DNA from: Polyangiales bacterium
GTDB lineage: Bacteria > Myxococcota_A > Polyangia > Polyangiales > Polyangiaceae
NCBI GenBank assembly: GCA_038231275.1
Contig: JBBRLQ010000013.1
Span: 1 to 64,000, forward strand
Direction: 5' to 3'
Length of the DNA: 64,000 nucleotides
Shown here: positions 45,245 to 54,685 of the stretch, in pieces
How positions within the stretch are numbered: the stretch's first letter is position 1
Layout: every line of letters starts with the position of its first letter
Notes under the pieces: model-generated
What the model was told of the DNA's origin: nothing
The model's database searches: none
Seen by the model: only the letters and a program-made list of their open reading frames with translations
Translations under genes and position numbers: made by a program

Positions 45245-46465
45245 ATGACTCGCCCGATCACTCCTGCAAAGACGCTCGCGTCCGCCGCGGTCGCCGTCTG
45301 CGCGATGCTCGGCGCCGAGCGCGCCGCGTCCGCCGGCAACTGCAGCGCTCTGCCCAATCCCATCGTCGTCGAGTCGGGCGACACGCAGGAGCCGCTCCTC
45401 AAGTCGCTCGGGCAAAAGCTGAGTAACTCGGCGAGCGCGCCGATGACCGTCGCGTACTTCCTCACGGGGTCATGCACGCTCGTCGACGACATGTACAATG
45501 CACGCAAGCTCACGGTGAACCTGAGCTACGTGCCGTCGACCACCGAGGATCCGACGTGGACCACCGCGAAGCCGAGCCCGACGTGCACGATGGACGTCGC
45601 GGGCGGGATGCCGGTGGATATCGCGATCAGCGCGACGTTCGTCTCGAGCTGCACCCAGGCTGCTCCGCCGACGCCACTCGGCTTGGTCCAAGGCCCGATC
45701 CAGAGCTACGCGTTCATCGTCCCCAAGGCGAGCGCGCAGCAGGTCATCACCGCCGAGGAGGGATACTTCACGTTCGGCTTCGGCAACGGCGGGCAGGTGA
45801 GCCCGTGGAGCGACGAGCTCTTCATGTTCATCCGCCCGGCGACGAAGAGCACGATCCTCACGATCGCCGCGGCGATCGGCGTGCCCGCGGCGAAGTGGAA
45901 GGGCCAGCGCAAGAACGCATCGACCGAGGTCCTCAACCTCGTGGCGACGTCGACGAACCCCGACAAGACGATCGGCATCATCGGCTCCGAGGTCTACGAC
46001 TCGAACCGCGGTGAGGTGACCGAGCTCGCGTACCGCGCGTACGGCCAAAAGCACGGGTTTTTGCCGGACTCGAGCGTGACGGCGTTCGACAAGAAGAACC
46101 TCCGCGACGGGCACTACACGATGTGGGCGCCCACCGTTTACATCACGGCGGTGGACGCCGGGGGCACGCCGACCGGTGCCAACGCGAAGACGTTCATCGA
46201 CCTGGTGCTCGGCAACCCGACGCCGAGCGTCACCGACGTCGACGGACTGGGCACCGTGGTCTCGAAGGGCCTCGTCCCCGACTGCGCGATGAAGGTGAAG
46301 CGCGCATTCGAAGGCGCCGACCTCTCGCTCTACACACCGGCGCAACCGTGCGGCTGCTTCTACGAGTCGAAGGTGCCGCAAGGGAGCACGAGCTGCACGG
46401 CCTGCACCGACAACACGCCATGTGGGACCGGCCAGTGCCGCCACGGCTTCTGCGAGGCCAAGTGA
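45245..46465 (+). CDS. PstS-like (PBP superfamily) substrate-binding protein with Cys-rich C-terminal tail
   Basis: Signal peptide; SGDT, TGSC, DIAISAT, IRPATKST, IGIIG and LRDGHYTMWAP follow the PstS motif order, although divergent. Confidence 0.6.
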   Translation: MTRPITPAKTLASAAVAVCAMLGAERAASAGNCSALPNPIVVESGDTQEPLLKSLGQKLSNSASAPMTVAYFLTGSCTLVDDMYNARKLTVNLSYVPSTTEDPTWTTAKPSPTCTMDVAGGMPVDIAISATFVSSCTQAAPPTPLGLVQGPIQSYAFIVPKASAQQVITAEEGYFTFGFGNGGQVSPWSDELFMFIRPATKSTILTIAAAIGVPAAKWKGQRKNASTEVLNLVATSTNPDKTIGIIGSEVYDSNRGEVTELAYRAYGQKHGFLPDSSVTAFDKKNLRDGHYTMWAPTVYITAVDAGGTPTGANAKTFIDLVLGNPTPSVTDVDGLGTVVSKGLVPDCAMKVKRAFEGADLSLYTPAQPCGCFYESKVPQGSTSCTACTDNTPCGTGQCRHGFCEAK

Positions 46466-46800
46466 TGAAGACCACCGCGCTCACGTTTTACGCGTCCGCC
46501 GCGCTCGTGGGCGGGCTGCTCTCGTTCGGCGTCGTCGCCGCGTGCGACAGCTCCTCGGGCGTCCACGAGACACCGCCTGGCACGGACTCGGGCGGCGACA
46601 CCGCGGCACCACCCGGTGACTCGGGAGGCGGCGGCGACACGAGCACACTGCCAGACGGGGCGCCGGCGCCCGACGATTGCGTGGTGAACCCGACGACGCA
46701 CCTCGAGATCATCAACGCGTGCACCGACGCGTCGCGGTTCGACAAGAAGCCGAACCTGCCTTTGCTCCTCGCCGACGGCGGCCTTCCGCCCCTTCCCTGA
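46465..46800 (+). CDS. Small lipoprotein
   Basis: Lipobox VAAC; DCVVNPTTHLEIINACT...PLP; TGATG coupling. Confidence 0.7.
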   Translation: MKTTALTFYASAALVGGLLSFGVVAACDSSSGVHETPPGTDSGGDTAAPPGDSGGGGDTSTLPDGAPAPDDCVVNPTTHLEIINACTDASRFDKKPNLPLLLADGGLPPLP

Positions 46801-46803
46801 GGA

Positions 46804-47556
46804 TCAACGGCACGCGGGCCGATTGCACAAATCGGTCTGCGGCCCTACCGACCACTCTCCCTCGGTGCACGTCAAGTAGGGCCCCAGCGACACGCCGTAG
46901 CACGCGTCGTATCCGCACACGAAGCCTTCGCTCGCACACGCCGTGCCGAGGCGCGGGCGATCGGCGGGGCATCCGGCCGGCGCGGTCGCGAGGCCGCCGT
47001 CGTCGAGGAACGGCGCGACGTCGTCCCACGCGCGGCACCGCCACTGGAAGAGGCGCCCGCCGTCCGTGTCCCCGCACTCGCCACACGTGCAGCGCCCGGC
47101 AGAGTAGTCGCAGCTGCCGGTGGTGACCGGACAGCTCGCGTCGGACGCGGCGCCGAACGATGGGGGGCACGCCGCGACGTTGGGGGCACAAGGGAAATCC
47201 GCACCGAACGTCGCCCACTCGATCTTGCCGCCGGTCCCCGCTTTTTTCGTGCAGAGTGCACGCGTCGCGCAGCGCTGGTGGGCGCCGCCGCCGAACTCGC
47301 ACCACAAGCCCGGCGTGTCGCACGCCTCACCCTCGCTCGGCGAGATTGGCGGACACGTTCGATCGGGCGACGCGTCCGCAGCCGCCGCGTCGGTCGCGTC
47401 GCCATCAGGAGCTCCGGCGTCGAACAATCGGAGCGAGAGCGACCCTTCGCAACCCGCGACGAGGAGGACCGCGACTGCGATCGGGAAGCACCTTACCGAG
47501 CTCACGCGTGTGACAATAGTGTAACCCTTGGCGATCCACTCCCGTGATGTGATCAT
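46804..47556 (-). CDS. Cys-rich repeat lipoprotein (start uncertain)
   Basis: Lipobox VAGC; three repeats of CP...P..G..C...G..C.(Y/F). Confidence 0.6.
   Translation of the reverse strand: MITSREWIAKGYTIVTRVSSVRCFPIAVAVLLVAGCEGSLSLRLFDAGAPDGDATDAAAADASPDRTCPPISPSEGEACDTPGLWCEFGGGAHQRCATRALCTKKAGTGGKIEWATFGADFPCAPNVAACPPSFGAASDASCPVTTGSCDYSAGRCTCGECGDTDGGRLFQWRCRAWDDVAPFLDDGGLATAPAGCPADRPRLGTACASEGFVCGYDACYGVSLGPYLTCTEGEWSVGPQTDLCNRPACR
47502..47526 (+). promoter_or_regulatory. Pho-box-like motif upstream of the porin operon
   Basis: TCACGCGTGTGACAATAGTGTAACC, ending 36 nt upstream of GTG 47563. Confidence 0.75.
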
Positions 47557-47562
47557 CGCCGC

Positions 47563-48858
47563 GTGTTCCTTGCGCCGCGAAGCCTCCTCGTCGCCGCCGC
47601 GGCGCTCTTCGTCGCGTCAGGGGCGCGCGCGCAGGACGCCGAACCGAACCCGCGCGCGGTGGTCGCTCCGACGACGCCGAGCTGGACGCGCGACCTTCGC
47701 TTCAGCGGCTTCGTGCAGGCGGATTGGGGCATCGTGCGGCAGTCGTCGCAGGACGAGGTGAACGCCGCCACCGGGGATCCGCTGAACGAAAACCGCTTCC
47801 TCATCCGTCGAGGGCACGTGCGCGCCGACTACGACCGCGACGGTCCCGTCTTCGGCTCGCTGGAGCTCGACGCGAACACCGTCAGGGCTCCCACCGTGCG
47901 CCTCATCGACGCGGAGGCGTCGTTCCGGTGGCCCAAGGCCAAGGATCCCGAGTCGACGTCGTCGTTCATCACGACGATGGGCCTCTTCAAGATCCCGTTC
48001 GGTTTCGAGGTGCTCGAGGCCGACAACCGGCGCCCCTTCCTCGAGCGCGCGACGGTGATCCGCGCGCTCTTTCCCGGCGAATACGATCTCGGCCTTCGCT
48101 TCAAGGTGAAGTGGCGCGCGCTCGATCTCGCGATGGGCCTCATGAACGGCGCGCCGATCGGCGAGCGGCAGTTCCCGGGCCGCGATCCGAACGAGAGCAA
48201 GGACATGGTCGCGCGGCTCGGCGCCACCACCAAGCCGATCGACGGCGTGGGCGTCGACGTCGGAGTGTCGGGCGTCACGGGCGCGGGGTTCCACAAGGGG
48301 ACGCCGTCGACGAAGGACCAGCTCGTCTGGCGCGACACCAACGAGAACGGCATCGTCGAGCCGACGGAGATCCAGGTCATCCCCGGGAGCTCGGCGACGG
48401 CGTCGCAGAATTTTCGGCGGTTCGCGCTGGGGGCCGACGCGCAGGTTCGCGTCGCGATCCCCGTGCTCGGCGAGATGGCGGTGCGCGCCGAGATCGTGTG
48501 GGCGAAGAACCTCGATCGCGCGCTGGTGATCGCGGATCCGATGGCGACGGGGCGCGATCTCCGGGAGACTGGCTACTACGCCGGCGTCACGCAAGAGATC
48601 ACGCGGTGGGGGATGGTCGGCGTTCGCTACGATCGCTACGACGGGGACGCCGACGCGAGTCGGCAAGCGGGCGCCGTCGTCGTGCCGAGCCGCGCGGTCT
48701 TCACGACGGTGGCGGTCATGGGGATGCTTCGCTGGTCGCCGGGGCGCCTGATCCTCGAGTACGATCACAACACGAACCCGCTCGGACGGGACGCCGCCGG
48801 CGCACCGGCGACGCTCAAGGACGATGCGCTCACGCTCCGCGCGGAGGTGTCGTTCTGA
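47563..48858 (+). CDS. Outer-membrane porin, OprO/OprP (phosphate-selective)-like
   Basis: FSGFVQAD, FLIRRGHV, LIDAE, MGLFKIPFGFE, FLERA, YDLG and NG; terminal Phe. Confidence 0.75.
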   Translation: MFLAPRSLLVAAAALFVASGARAQDAEPNPRAVVAPTTPSWTRDLRFSGFVQADWGIVRQSSQDEVNAATGDPLNENRFLIRRGHVRADYDRDGPVFGSLELDANTVRAPTVRLIDAEASFRWPKAKDPESTSSFITTMGLFKIPFGFEVLEADNRRPFLERATVIRALFPGEYDLGLRFKVKWRALDLAMGLMNGAPIGERQFPGRDPNESKDMVARLGATTKPIDGVGVDVGVSGVTGAGFHKGTPSTKDQLVWRDTNENGIVEPTEIQVIPGSSATASQNFRRFALGADAQVRVAIPVLGEMAVRAEIVWAKNLDRALVIADPMATGRDLRETGYYAGVTQEITRWGMVGVRYDRYDGDADASRQAGAVVVPSRAVFTTVAVMGMLRWSPGRLILEYDHNTNPLGRDAAGAPATLKDDALTLRAEVSF

Positions 48859-49748
48859 TGCGCGCCGCCTTCGTCCTCGCGATCGTCGCATCCGCCGTCG
48901 CCGCCGCGTGCAGCGGGACGACCGCCGATCAAGGCCTCGACAGCGACATGCAAGTGCAAGGCGCGCAGTTCTTCCGCGGCGCGATGCCCGCGGAGACGGG
49001 TGGCCCCAAGGTGGCGAGCGTCGCCCTCCTCACGCAAGCGGTGCGCGCCGGGCAGATCGGCAAATCGGCGACGGGCGCGCTCGAGCCGCCCGCCGCTGCG
49101 GCCGCGCTGATGCTCGCGGGAGATCGCGGGTACTGGATCTTGTCGGCGGGAGTTCCGGACGTGCAGTCGCCGACGTTCCCGTCGTTCAAGGCGAGCCTGT
49201 CGTTCGCGCGCACGCTGGCGGCCGGCCCGCGCGATCTCCTCGTACGCGCCGTCGACGGCGACGGCCGCTTCGGTCCCGCGAGCCCGCAAAGCCTGACGAT
49301 CGCAGCGGACGGCCCTCCGCCCGGCGCGCTCGTCTTCTCGCTGACGTGGGACACCGAGAGCGATCTCGATATTCACGTCGTCGATCCGACCGGCGCCGAG
49401 GTCTACAAGGGGAACATCAACTCGTGGTCGCCGCCAGCCCCCGGTCAGCCGTCGCCGCCCGACGCGTGGAAGACCGGCGGCATCCTCGATTTCGACTCGA
49501 ACGCGTCGTGCGTCATCGACGGCCTCCGCAGGGAAGACGTCGTCTACGCGAGCGCGCCGCCGGCCGGACACTACCTCGTCCGCGTCGACACGTTCTCTTT
49601 GTGCAGCGAGATCTCCGCGCACTGGACGATGGAAGCGCTCGCGGACGGCGTCGTCGTCGGGAGGGCGACCGGCTCGAGCTTCGAGACCGACACCCAGATG
49701 CCGCACGATCGCGGCGCCGGCGTCCTCGCCCTCGAGATCGATCGGTGA
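48858..49748 (+). CDS. Lipoprotein with YfaP/DUF2135-like C-terminal domain
   Basis: Lipobox AAAC; LTWDTESDLDIHVVDPTG, GGILDFDSN and REDV. Confidence 0.7.
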   Translation: MRAAFVLAIVASAVAAACSGTTADQGLDSDMQVQGAQFFRGAMPAETGGPKVASVALLTQAVRAGQIGKSATGALEPPAAAAALMLAGDRGYWILSAGVPDVQSPTFPSFKASLSFARTLAAGPRDLLVRAVDGDGRFGPASPQSLTIAADGPPPGALVFSLTWDTESDLDIHVVDPTGAEVYKGNINSWSPPAPGQPSPPDAWKTGGILDFDSNASCVIDGLRREDVVYASAPPAGHYLVRVDTFSLCSEISAHWTMEALADGVVVGRATGSSFETDTQMPHDRGAGVLALEIDR

Positions 49749-52195
49749 GGCGGCGCCGGCCGTTCCTCGCAGGCCCCCTCGCGCTCGCCTTCGCTCTCGC
49801 GTTCGCGGTCCCCGCGGCGGCGCAGCCGGTCACGAAGATGCCGGAGCTCGTGACCTTCGTGGAGGCGGAGTACCCGAAGGAGAAGCTCGCGGCGGGCGTC
49901 TCCGCGGACGTCATCCTGGTCCTCACGGTCGACGTCGACGGCCGCGTGAGCGCGGCGGCCGTCCAGCGCAGCGCGGGAGAGGACTTCGACGCGGCCGCGA
50001 TCGCCGCAGCGAAGCAGTTCGTGTTCAAGCCGGCGGAGGTGGACGGGAAGAAGGTCGCGTCGAAGATCACGTACCGATACGCCTTCACGCTGACGCCGAC
50101 GCCGACGCCGACTCCGACGCCGACCCCTACGCCGACCCCTACGCCGACGCCGACGCCGACCCCGACTCCGACTCCGACTCCGACTCCGACTCCGACGCCG
50201 ACCCCGATCGACGAGGTGACCGTTCGCGCCCCACTCCGTGCGCGCGAGGCGACCTCCACCACGGTCCTCGCCGACGAGGCTCGGCGTGTGCCCGGCACGC
50301 ATGGCGACGTCCTCAAGGTCGTGCAGTCGCTCCCCGGCGTCGCGCGCTCTTCGTTTTCGAGCGGGCAGCTGGTCGTGTGGGGATCCGCGCCGCGCGAGAC
50401 GCGCGTCTACGTCGACGGCGTGGAGATTCCGGCGCTCTACCACGGCAGCGGGATCCGCTCGACGGTGAGCTCCGACCTCGTGCGATCGATCGAGCTCGTG
50501 CCCGGCGCGTACGGTGCGGAGCACGGGCGGGGGCTCGGCGGGCTCGTGCGCGTCGAGACGAAGGGGCTGCCGAAGCAAGGCACGCACGGGTACGTCTCCG
50601 TCGACACGCTCGACGCCTCGACGCTGGTGTCCACCGCGCTGAGCGATCGCGTGCGCGTCGCGGTCGGCGGGCGCTACGGGTACCTCGATCGCGAGCTGCC
50701 GCTCTTCACGTCGCGCGACGTGTCGGACGTGTACCCGATCCCGCGCTACGGCGATTACCAGGCGCGCGTCGAGGCCGATCTCCGGAAGGGAGAGACGGTG
50801 CGCGTCACGCTCCTCGGCTCACGCGACGATCTGCGGCGCGCGGTGCTCTCCGCCGATCCGGCGGCGACGCAGTCCGAGGACACGTCGAGCGCGTTCCAAC
50901 GGGTCTATGCACATTACACCCATCGACTCGACGACGGCTCCGACGTCTCGATCACGCCGTTCTTCGGCCGCGACACGACGAGCTATGCGGCGGCCTTCGG
51001 CGCGAACCCGGCGCGGCTCGACGTCGGGACATGGCGCTACGGCGCACGCGGATCGTACGCGACGCGGGTGACGGCTGGACCGGTGGCGGCAACGGTGTCG
51101 GTGGGCCTCGACGCGCTGGGCTCGGCGTCCGACGTCACCCGACGTGGGTCGCTGAACCTGCCGCCGCGCGAGGGGGACCGTTACGTCTTCGGTCAGCCAC
51201 CCGGCGACGACGTCGCGAGCGATGCCTTCCAAACGCACATCCTGAACGTGGCGCCGTACGCGACGGCGCAGCTTCAGGCGGGCGCGTTCACCGTCGAGCC
51301 AGGCGCACGCGTGGATGCGTTCCTCATCGAGGGGAGTCGATCGACGCCGCGCGTGGGGCAGACGCCCAGCATCGGATTTTCGCGCCTCGAGGGGGGCTTG
51401 GATCCGCGGGTGCGCGTGAGGTGGAAGGCGAGCCCCCGCTTCTCGGCCGTCGTTGCGGCGGGCACCTACCACCAGGCGCCGGAGCCGGAGGAGCTCTCGG
51501 CCGTCTTCGGTACGCCGGCACTCGGGCTCGCGAAGGCGACGCACGCGAGCCTCGGAGAGGCTCTCGAGCTCACGCGCACCCTGTCGATGGAGCTGACCAC
51601 CTTCTACAAGAAGCTCTCCGATCTGACGGTACGCAGCCGCCTCACGACGCCGCTCCTCGCGCGTGCGCTCGTGCAGGACGGCGAGGGCCGCAGCTACGGC
51701 GCGCAGCTCCTCGTGAGGCAGCGGCCGTGGCGCGGGTTCTTCGGGTGGGTGTCGTACACGATGACGCGCAGCGAGCGGCGCTACACGGACGAAGAGCGGT
51801 GGCGCCTTTTCGATTTCGATCAACCGCACGTCGTCACCGTGGTCGCCGCGAAGGAGCTCGGCACCTGGGAGCTGGGGCTACGCCTGCGCGCGGCCACCGG
51901 GATGCCGCGGACGCCGGTGACCGGCGCGCTCTACGACGCGCGCGACGATCGGTACCAGCCGGTCTTCGGCGACCACAACTCCATCCGCATCCCGGCGTTC
52001 TTCGCGCTCGACGCGCGCGTCCAGAAATCCTTCCACCTGTCGACCGACATGAAGCTCGACGTCTTCATCGACGCGCAGAACGTGACCTTCCACGAGAACA
52101 AGGAGGAGATCGTGTACGGCTTCGATTTCTCGCGGCGCGCATACATCACCGGGCTGCCGACGCTCGCCGTGGTCGGCGGGAGGCTCGAGCTATGA
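49745..52195 (+). CDS. TonB-dependent receptor with N-terminal TonB C-terminal domain
   Basis: YP...V...VDVDGRV...FDAAAIAAAKQFVFKPA (TonB_C), long PT linker, plug VPGTHGDVLKVVQSLPGV and barrel GRSYGAQL...FDQPH. Confidence 0.9.
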   Translation: MRRRRPFLAGPLALAFALAFAVPAAAQPVTKMPELVTFVEAEYPKEKLAAGVSADVILVLTVDVDGRVSAAAVQRSAGEDFDAAAIAAAKQFVFKPAEVDGKKVASKITYRYAFTLTPTPTPTPTPTPTPTPTPTPTPTPTPTPTPTPTPTPTPIDEVTVRAPLRAREATSTTVLADEARRVPGTHGDVLKVVQSLPGVARSSFSSGQLVVWGSAPRETRVYVDGVEIPALYHGSGIRSTVSSDLVRSIELVPGAYGAEHGRGLGGLVRVETKGLPKQGTHGYVSVDTLDASTLVSTALSDRVRVAVGGRYGYLDRELPLFTSRDVSDVYPIPRYGDYQARVEADLRKGETVRVTLLGSRDDLRRAVLSADPAATQSEDTSSAFQRVYAHYTHRLDDGSDVSITPFFGRDTTSYAAAFGANPARLDVGTWRYGARGSYATRVTAGPVAATVSVGLDALGSASDVTRRGSLNLPPREGDRYVFGQPPGDDVASDAFQTHILNVAPYATAQLQAGAFTVEPGARVDAFLIEGSRSTPRVGQTPSIGFSRLEGGLDPRVRVRWKASPRFSAVVAAGTYHQAPEPEELSAVFGTPALGLAKATHASLGEALELTRTLSMELTTFYKKLSDLTVRSRLTTPLLARALVQDGEGRSYGAQLLVRQRPWRGFFGWVSYTMTRSERRYTDEERWRLFDFDQPHVVTVVAAKELGTWELGLRLRAATGMPRTPVTGALYDARDDRYQPVFGDHNSIRIPAFFALDARVQKSFHLSTDMKLDVFIDAQNVTFHENKEEIVYGFDFSRRAYITGLPTLAVVGGRLEL
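50093..50206 (+). repeat. 6-bp coding repeat (ACN CCN) encoding a (Thr-Pro)n linker
   Basis: Read directly. Confidence 0.9.
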
Positions 52196-53058
52196 GGCGC
52201 AGGATCGCGTGCGTGGGCCTCGTCGTGGCCGCGTCGGTGGCGTGCAAGCCGGATTTCGGCGAGCGCGCGTCCGTCGTGACCGCGCCGCGCATCCTCGCCG
52301 TGCGCGCCGAACCTCCGGAGGCACCGCAAGGGGCGACCGTCGCGCTGACGCCGCTGGTCGCGTCATCGGACGGGACCGTCGCCGCGCCGCAACTCGGCTG
52401 GGCGTTCTGCGCGACGTCGAAGCCGCTCGGCGAGAACGACGTCGTCGGCGTGGACTGCCTCGGGACAGCGGTCCGTCCGATCTCCGAGGGTCCAGCCGCC
52501 TCCGCGGTCATCCCGTCCGACGCGTGCGCGCTCTTTGGCCCCGAGCCGCCGCCCGGCGCGCGCCCTCGCGACGCCGACGTGACCGGCGGCTACTACCAGC
52601 CTCTCCGCGCTACCCTCGGAGGCGCGCCGACGATCGCGCTCCTCCGTGTCGTGTGCAACCTCGGGAGCGCCTCCGCCGACGTCGCGGCCGATTTCAAGGC
52701 GCGCGACCACGCGAACAAGAACCCTGCGCTCTCGATCGACGTCCCGGAATCTGCGACCCTCGGCGCCCGCGTCAATTTGCACGCGTCGTGGCCCGCGAAC
52801 GACGCCGAGGCGTACGTGGCCTTCGACGGTGCGTCTCAGACCGTCACCGCCCGTCGTGAAGCGATGCGCGTGTCGTGGTTCGTGAGCAGCGGCGCGCTCG
52901 ACGCCGATCACACCGGTCGCGACGAATCGGACCCGCTGACCGCGACCGACGACGGATGGACGACACCGAGCTCCCCCGGGATCGTGCACGTATGGGTCGT
53001 CCTCCGCGACAGCCGCGGCGGCGTGGACTTCGCGAGCGCCGACGTCAACGTTCGATGA
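52192..53058 (+). CDS. TBDR-associated lipoprotein
   Basis: Lipobox SVAC; PRILAVRAEPPEA, NKNP and VWVVLRDSRGGV; ATGA coupling. Confidence 0.75.
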   Translation: MRRRIACVGLVVAASVACKPDFGERASVVTAPRILAVRAEPPEAPQGATVALTPLVASSDGTVAAPQLGWAFCATSKPLGENDVVGVDCLGTAVRPISEGPAASAVIPSDACALFGPEPPPGARPRDADVTGGYYQPLRATLGGAPTIALLRVVCNLGSASADVAADFKARDHANKNPALSIDVPESATLGARVNLHASWPANDAEAYVAFDGASQTVTARREAMRVSWFVSSGALDADHTGRDESDPLTATDDGWTTPSSPGIVHVWVVLRDSRGGVDFASADVNVR

Positions 53059-54598
53059 CGGAGACGAGCGCCTCTTCGAGCACGTTCAGATCAAACGGCT
53101 TCTCGACGCACGGGTTCGTCATCGTTCCGAGGAACGCGGTCTCGCGCGGCGCGAAGGCGCCCCCGGTCATGAAGATCATTCGCCGTTCGAGACCCCGTCC
53201 GTCTTGTCGGAGGCGCTCGTGCAGGTCCGGGCCGCCCATGTCGGGCATCATCACGTCGCACAAGATGCAGTCGAACGCGCGCTCCTTGCAGAGGCGGATC
53301 GCCTCGTGACCGCTCTGCGTGAAGGTGACGTCGTGCGCAGATAGGGCGCGGGAGAGGGCGCTGCCGATCTGCATGTCGTCGTCGACGACGAGGATGCTCA
53401 CCTTGCGCGGTCGCCGCCGCGACTCCGCCGGCGACGGCGGAGCGGCTTGTGCGGCCTCGGCGTAGGGGAGGGTGACACGGAACGTCGCTCCGCTTCCCTT
53501 GTTCGGTTCGCGCGCGTCCAGCGTGATCGTGCCACCGAACGCGCTGACGATGCTCTGGCAGACCGAGAGCCCGAGGCCGGTCCCCATGCCGACGGGTTTC
53601 GTCGTGAAGAACGGCTCGAAGAGTCGCGCGCGCACGTCTTCGGGGATTCCCACGCCGGTGTCGCTCACCGTGATCGTCACGCCCTCGGGAGCAAGAGACG
53701 TCTCCACACGGATCTCGTCCTTCTCGACGCTCCCCTCGGCGATCGCGTCGGCGGCGTTCACGAGGAGGTTCACGAACACCTGGGTGAGGCGCGACTCGTT
53801 CGCCCGTACGGCGCGCGATCCGCCGTACGCCTTGGTGAGGCGCGCGCGGTGCCGGATTCGGTTCTCCGTGATCTTCATCGCGGCGTCGATCGCCTGATGC
53901 ACGTCGACCGCTGCGACCGGCTCGTCCTCGCTGCGGCTGAACGCGCCGAGGCCGCGGACGATCCGGCGGACGCGCTCGGTGCCGTCGCGCGATTCGTCGA
54001 TCGCGTCGCGGACGGCAGCGACGATGGGCGACGGTTCGAGCGCCGCCAGTTTTCGCGCGGCGAGCTCGAGGTTCAGCACCACGTAGGCCATGGGGTTGTT
54101 GATCTCGTGCGCGACGCCGCCCGCGAGGCGCCCGAGCGCCGCGAGCCGGTCGGCGTGGAGGAGCTGCGATTGGAGCTCTTTGATGCGCGCCTCCGCGGCC
54201 TTGCGCGCCGAGACGTCCCACACGACGCCGATCATCTTGAGCGGCCTTCCCGACGCGTCGCGGAAGACTTGTCCGCGGCACGCCAGCCAACGAATCGGGG
54301 CGCCCTCGACGACGACGCGATGCTCGAGCTCGTACGGGACCCCGGCGCTCGCCACCGACGCCTCGATCGCGGCGACCACGCCCGCGCGATCGTCGGGATG
54401 GAGCACCTTCTGGTAACCCTCGAACGTCCCGTCGAACTCGCCCGGCTTCAAGCCAACAATTGCCTCGATGCCGTCCGACCACTCGACCTTGCCGGTCGTG
54501 ATGTCCCATACCCACGTCTGCATGCGCGCCGCGGACAACGCGAGCTCGAAATGGTCGGAGCGGGGCGGCAAGGACGTCAACGGGATCTCCTCAGGCAT
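53045..54598 (-). CDS. Hybrid histidine kinase (PAS - HisKA - HATPase - REC)
   Basis: PAS_3 (HPDDR...WL), GVAHEINNP, NAADA, DTGVG, FEPFFTTK, GTGLGL and receiver ILVVDDD...CDVMMP...KPF. Confidence 0.93.
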   Translation of the reverse strand: MPEEIPLTSLPPRSDHFELALSAARMQTWVWDITTGKVEWSDGIEAIVGLKPGEFDGTFEGYQKVLHPDDRAGVVAAIEASVASAGVPYELEHRVVVEGAPIRWLACRGQVFRDASGRPLKMIGVVWDVSARKAAEARIKELQSQLLHADRLAALGRLAGGVAHEINNPMAYVVLNLELAARKLAALEPSPIVAAVRDAIDESRDGTERVRRIVRGLGAFSRSEDEPVAAVDVHQAIDAAMKITENRIRHRARLTKAYGGSRAVRANESRLTQVFVNLLVNAADAIAEGSVEKDEIRVETSLAPEGVTITVSDTGVGIPEDVRARLFEPFFTTKPVGMGTGLGLSVCQSIVSAFGGTITLDAREPNKGSGATFRVTLPYAEAAQAAPPSPAESRRRPRKVSILVVDDDMQIGSALSRALSAHDVTFTQSGHEAIRLCKERAFDCILCDVMMPDMGGPDLHERLRQDGRGLERRMIFMTGGAFAPRETAFLGTMTNPCVEKPFDLNVLEEALVSVIER

Positions 54599-54685
54599 GC
54601 CAGAGTACAATCGGAATGCCCACGCCGTCGACGACCAGCGAGGGCAATTTGCGAGGCGTGACGCCTCGCCGAGAATGAGCCCACC

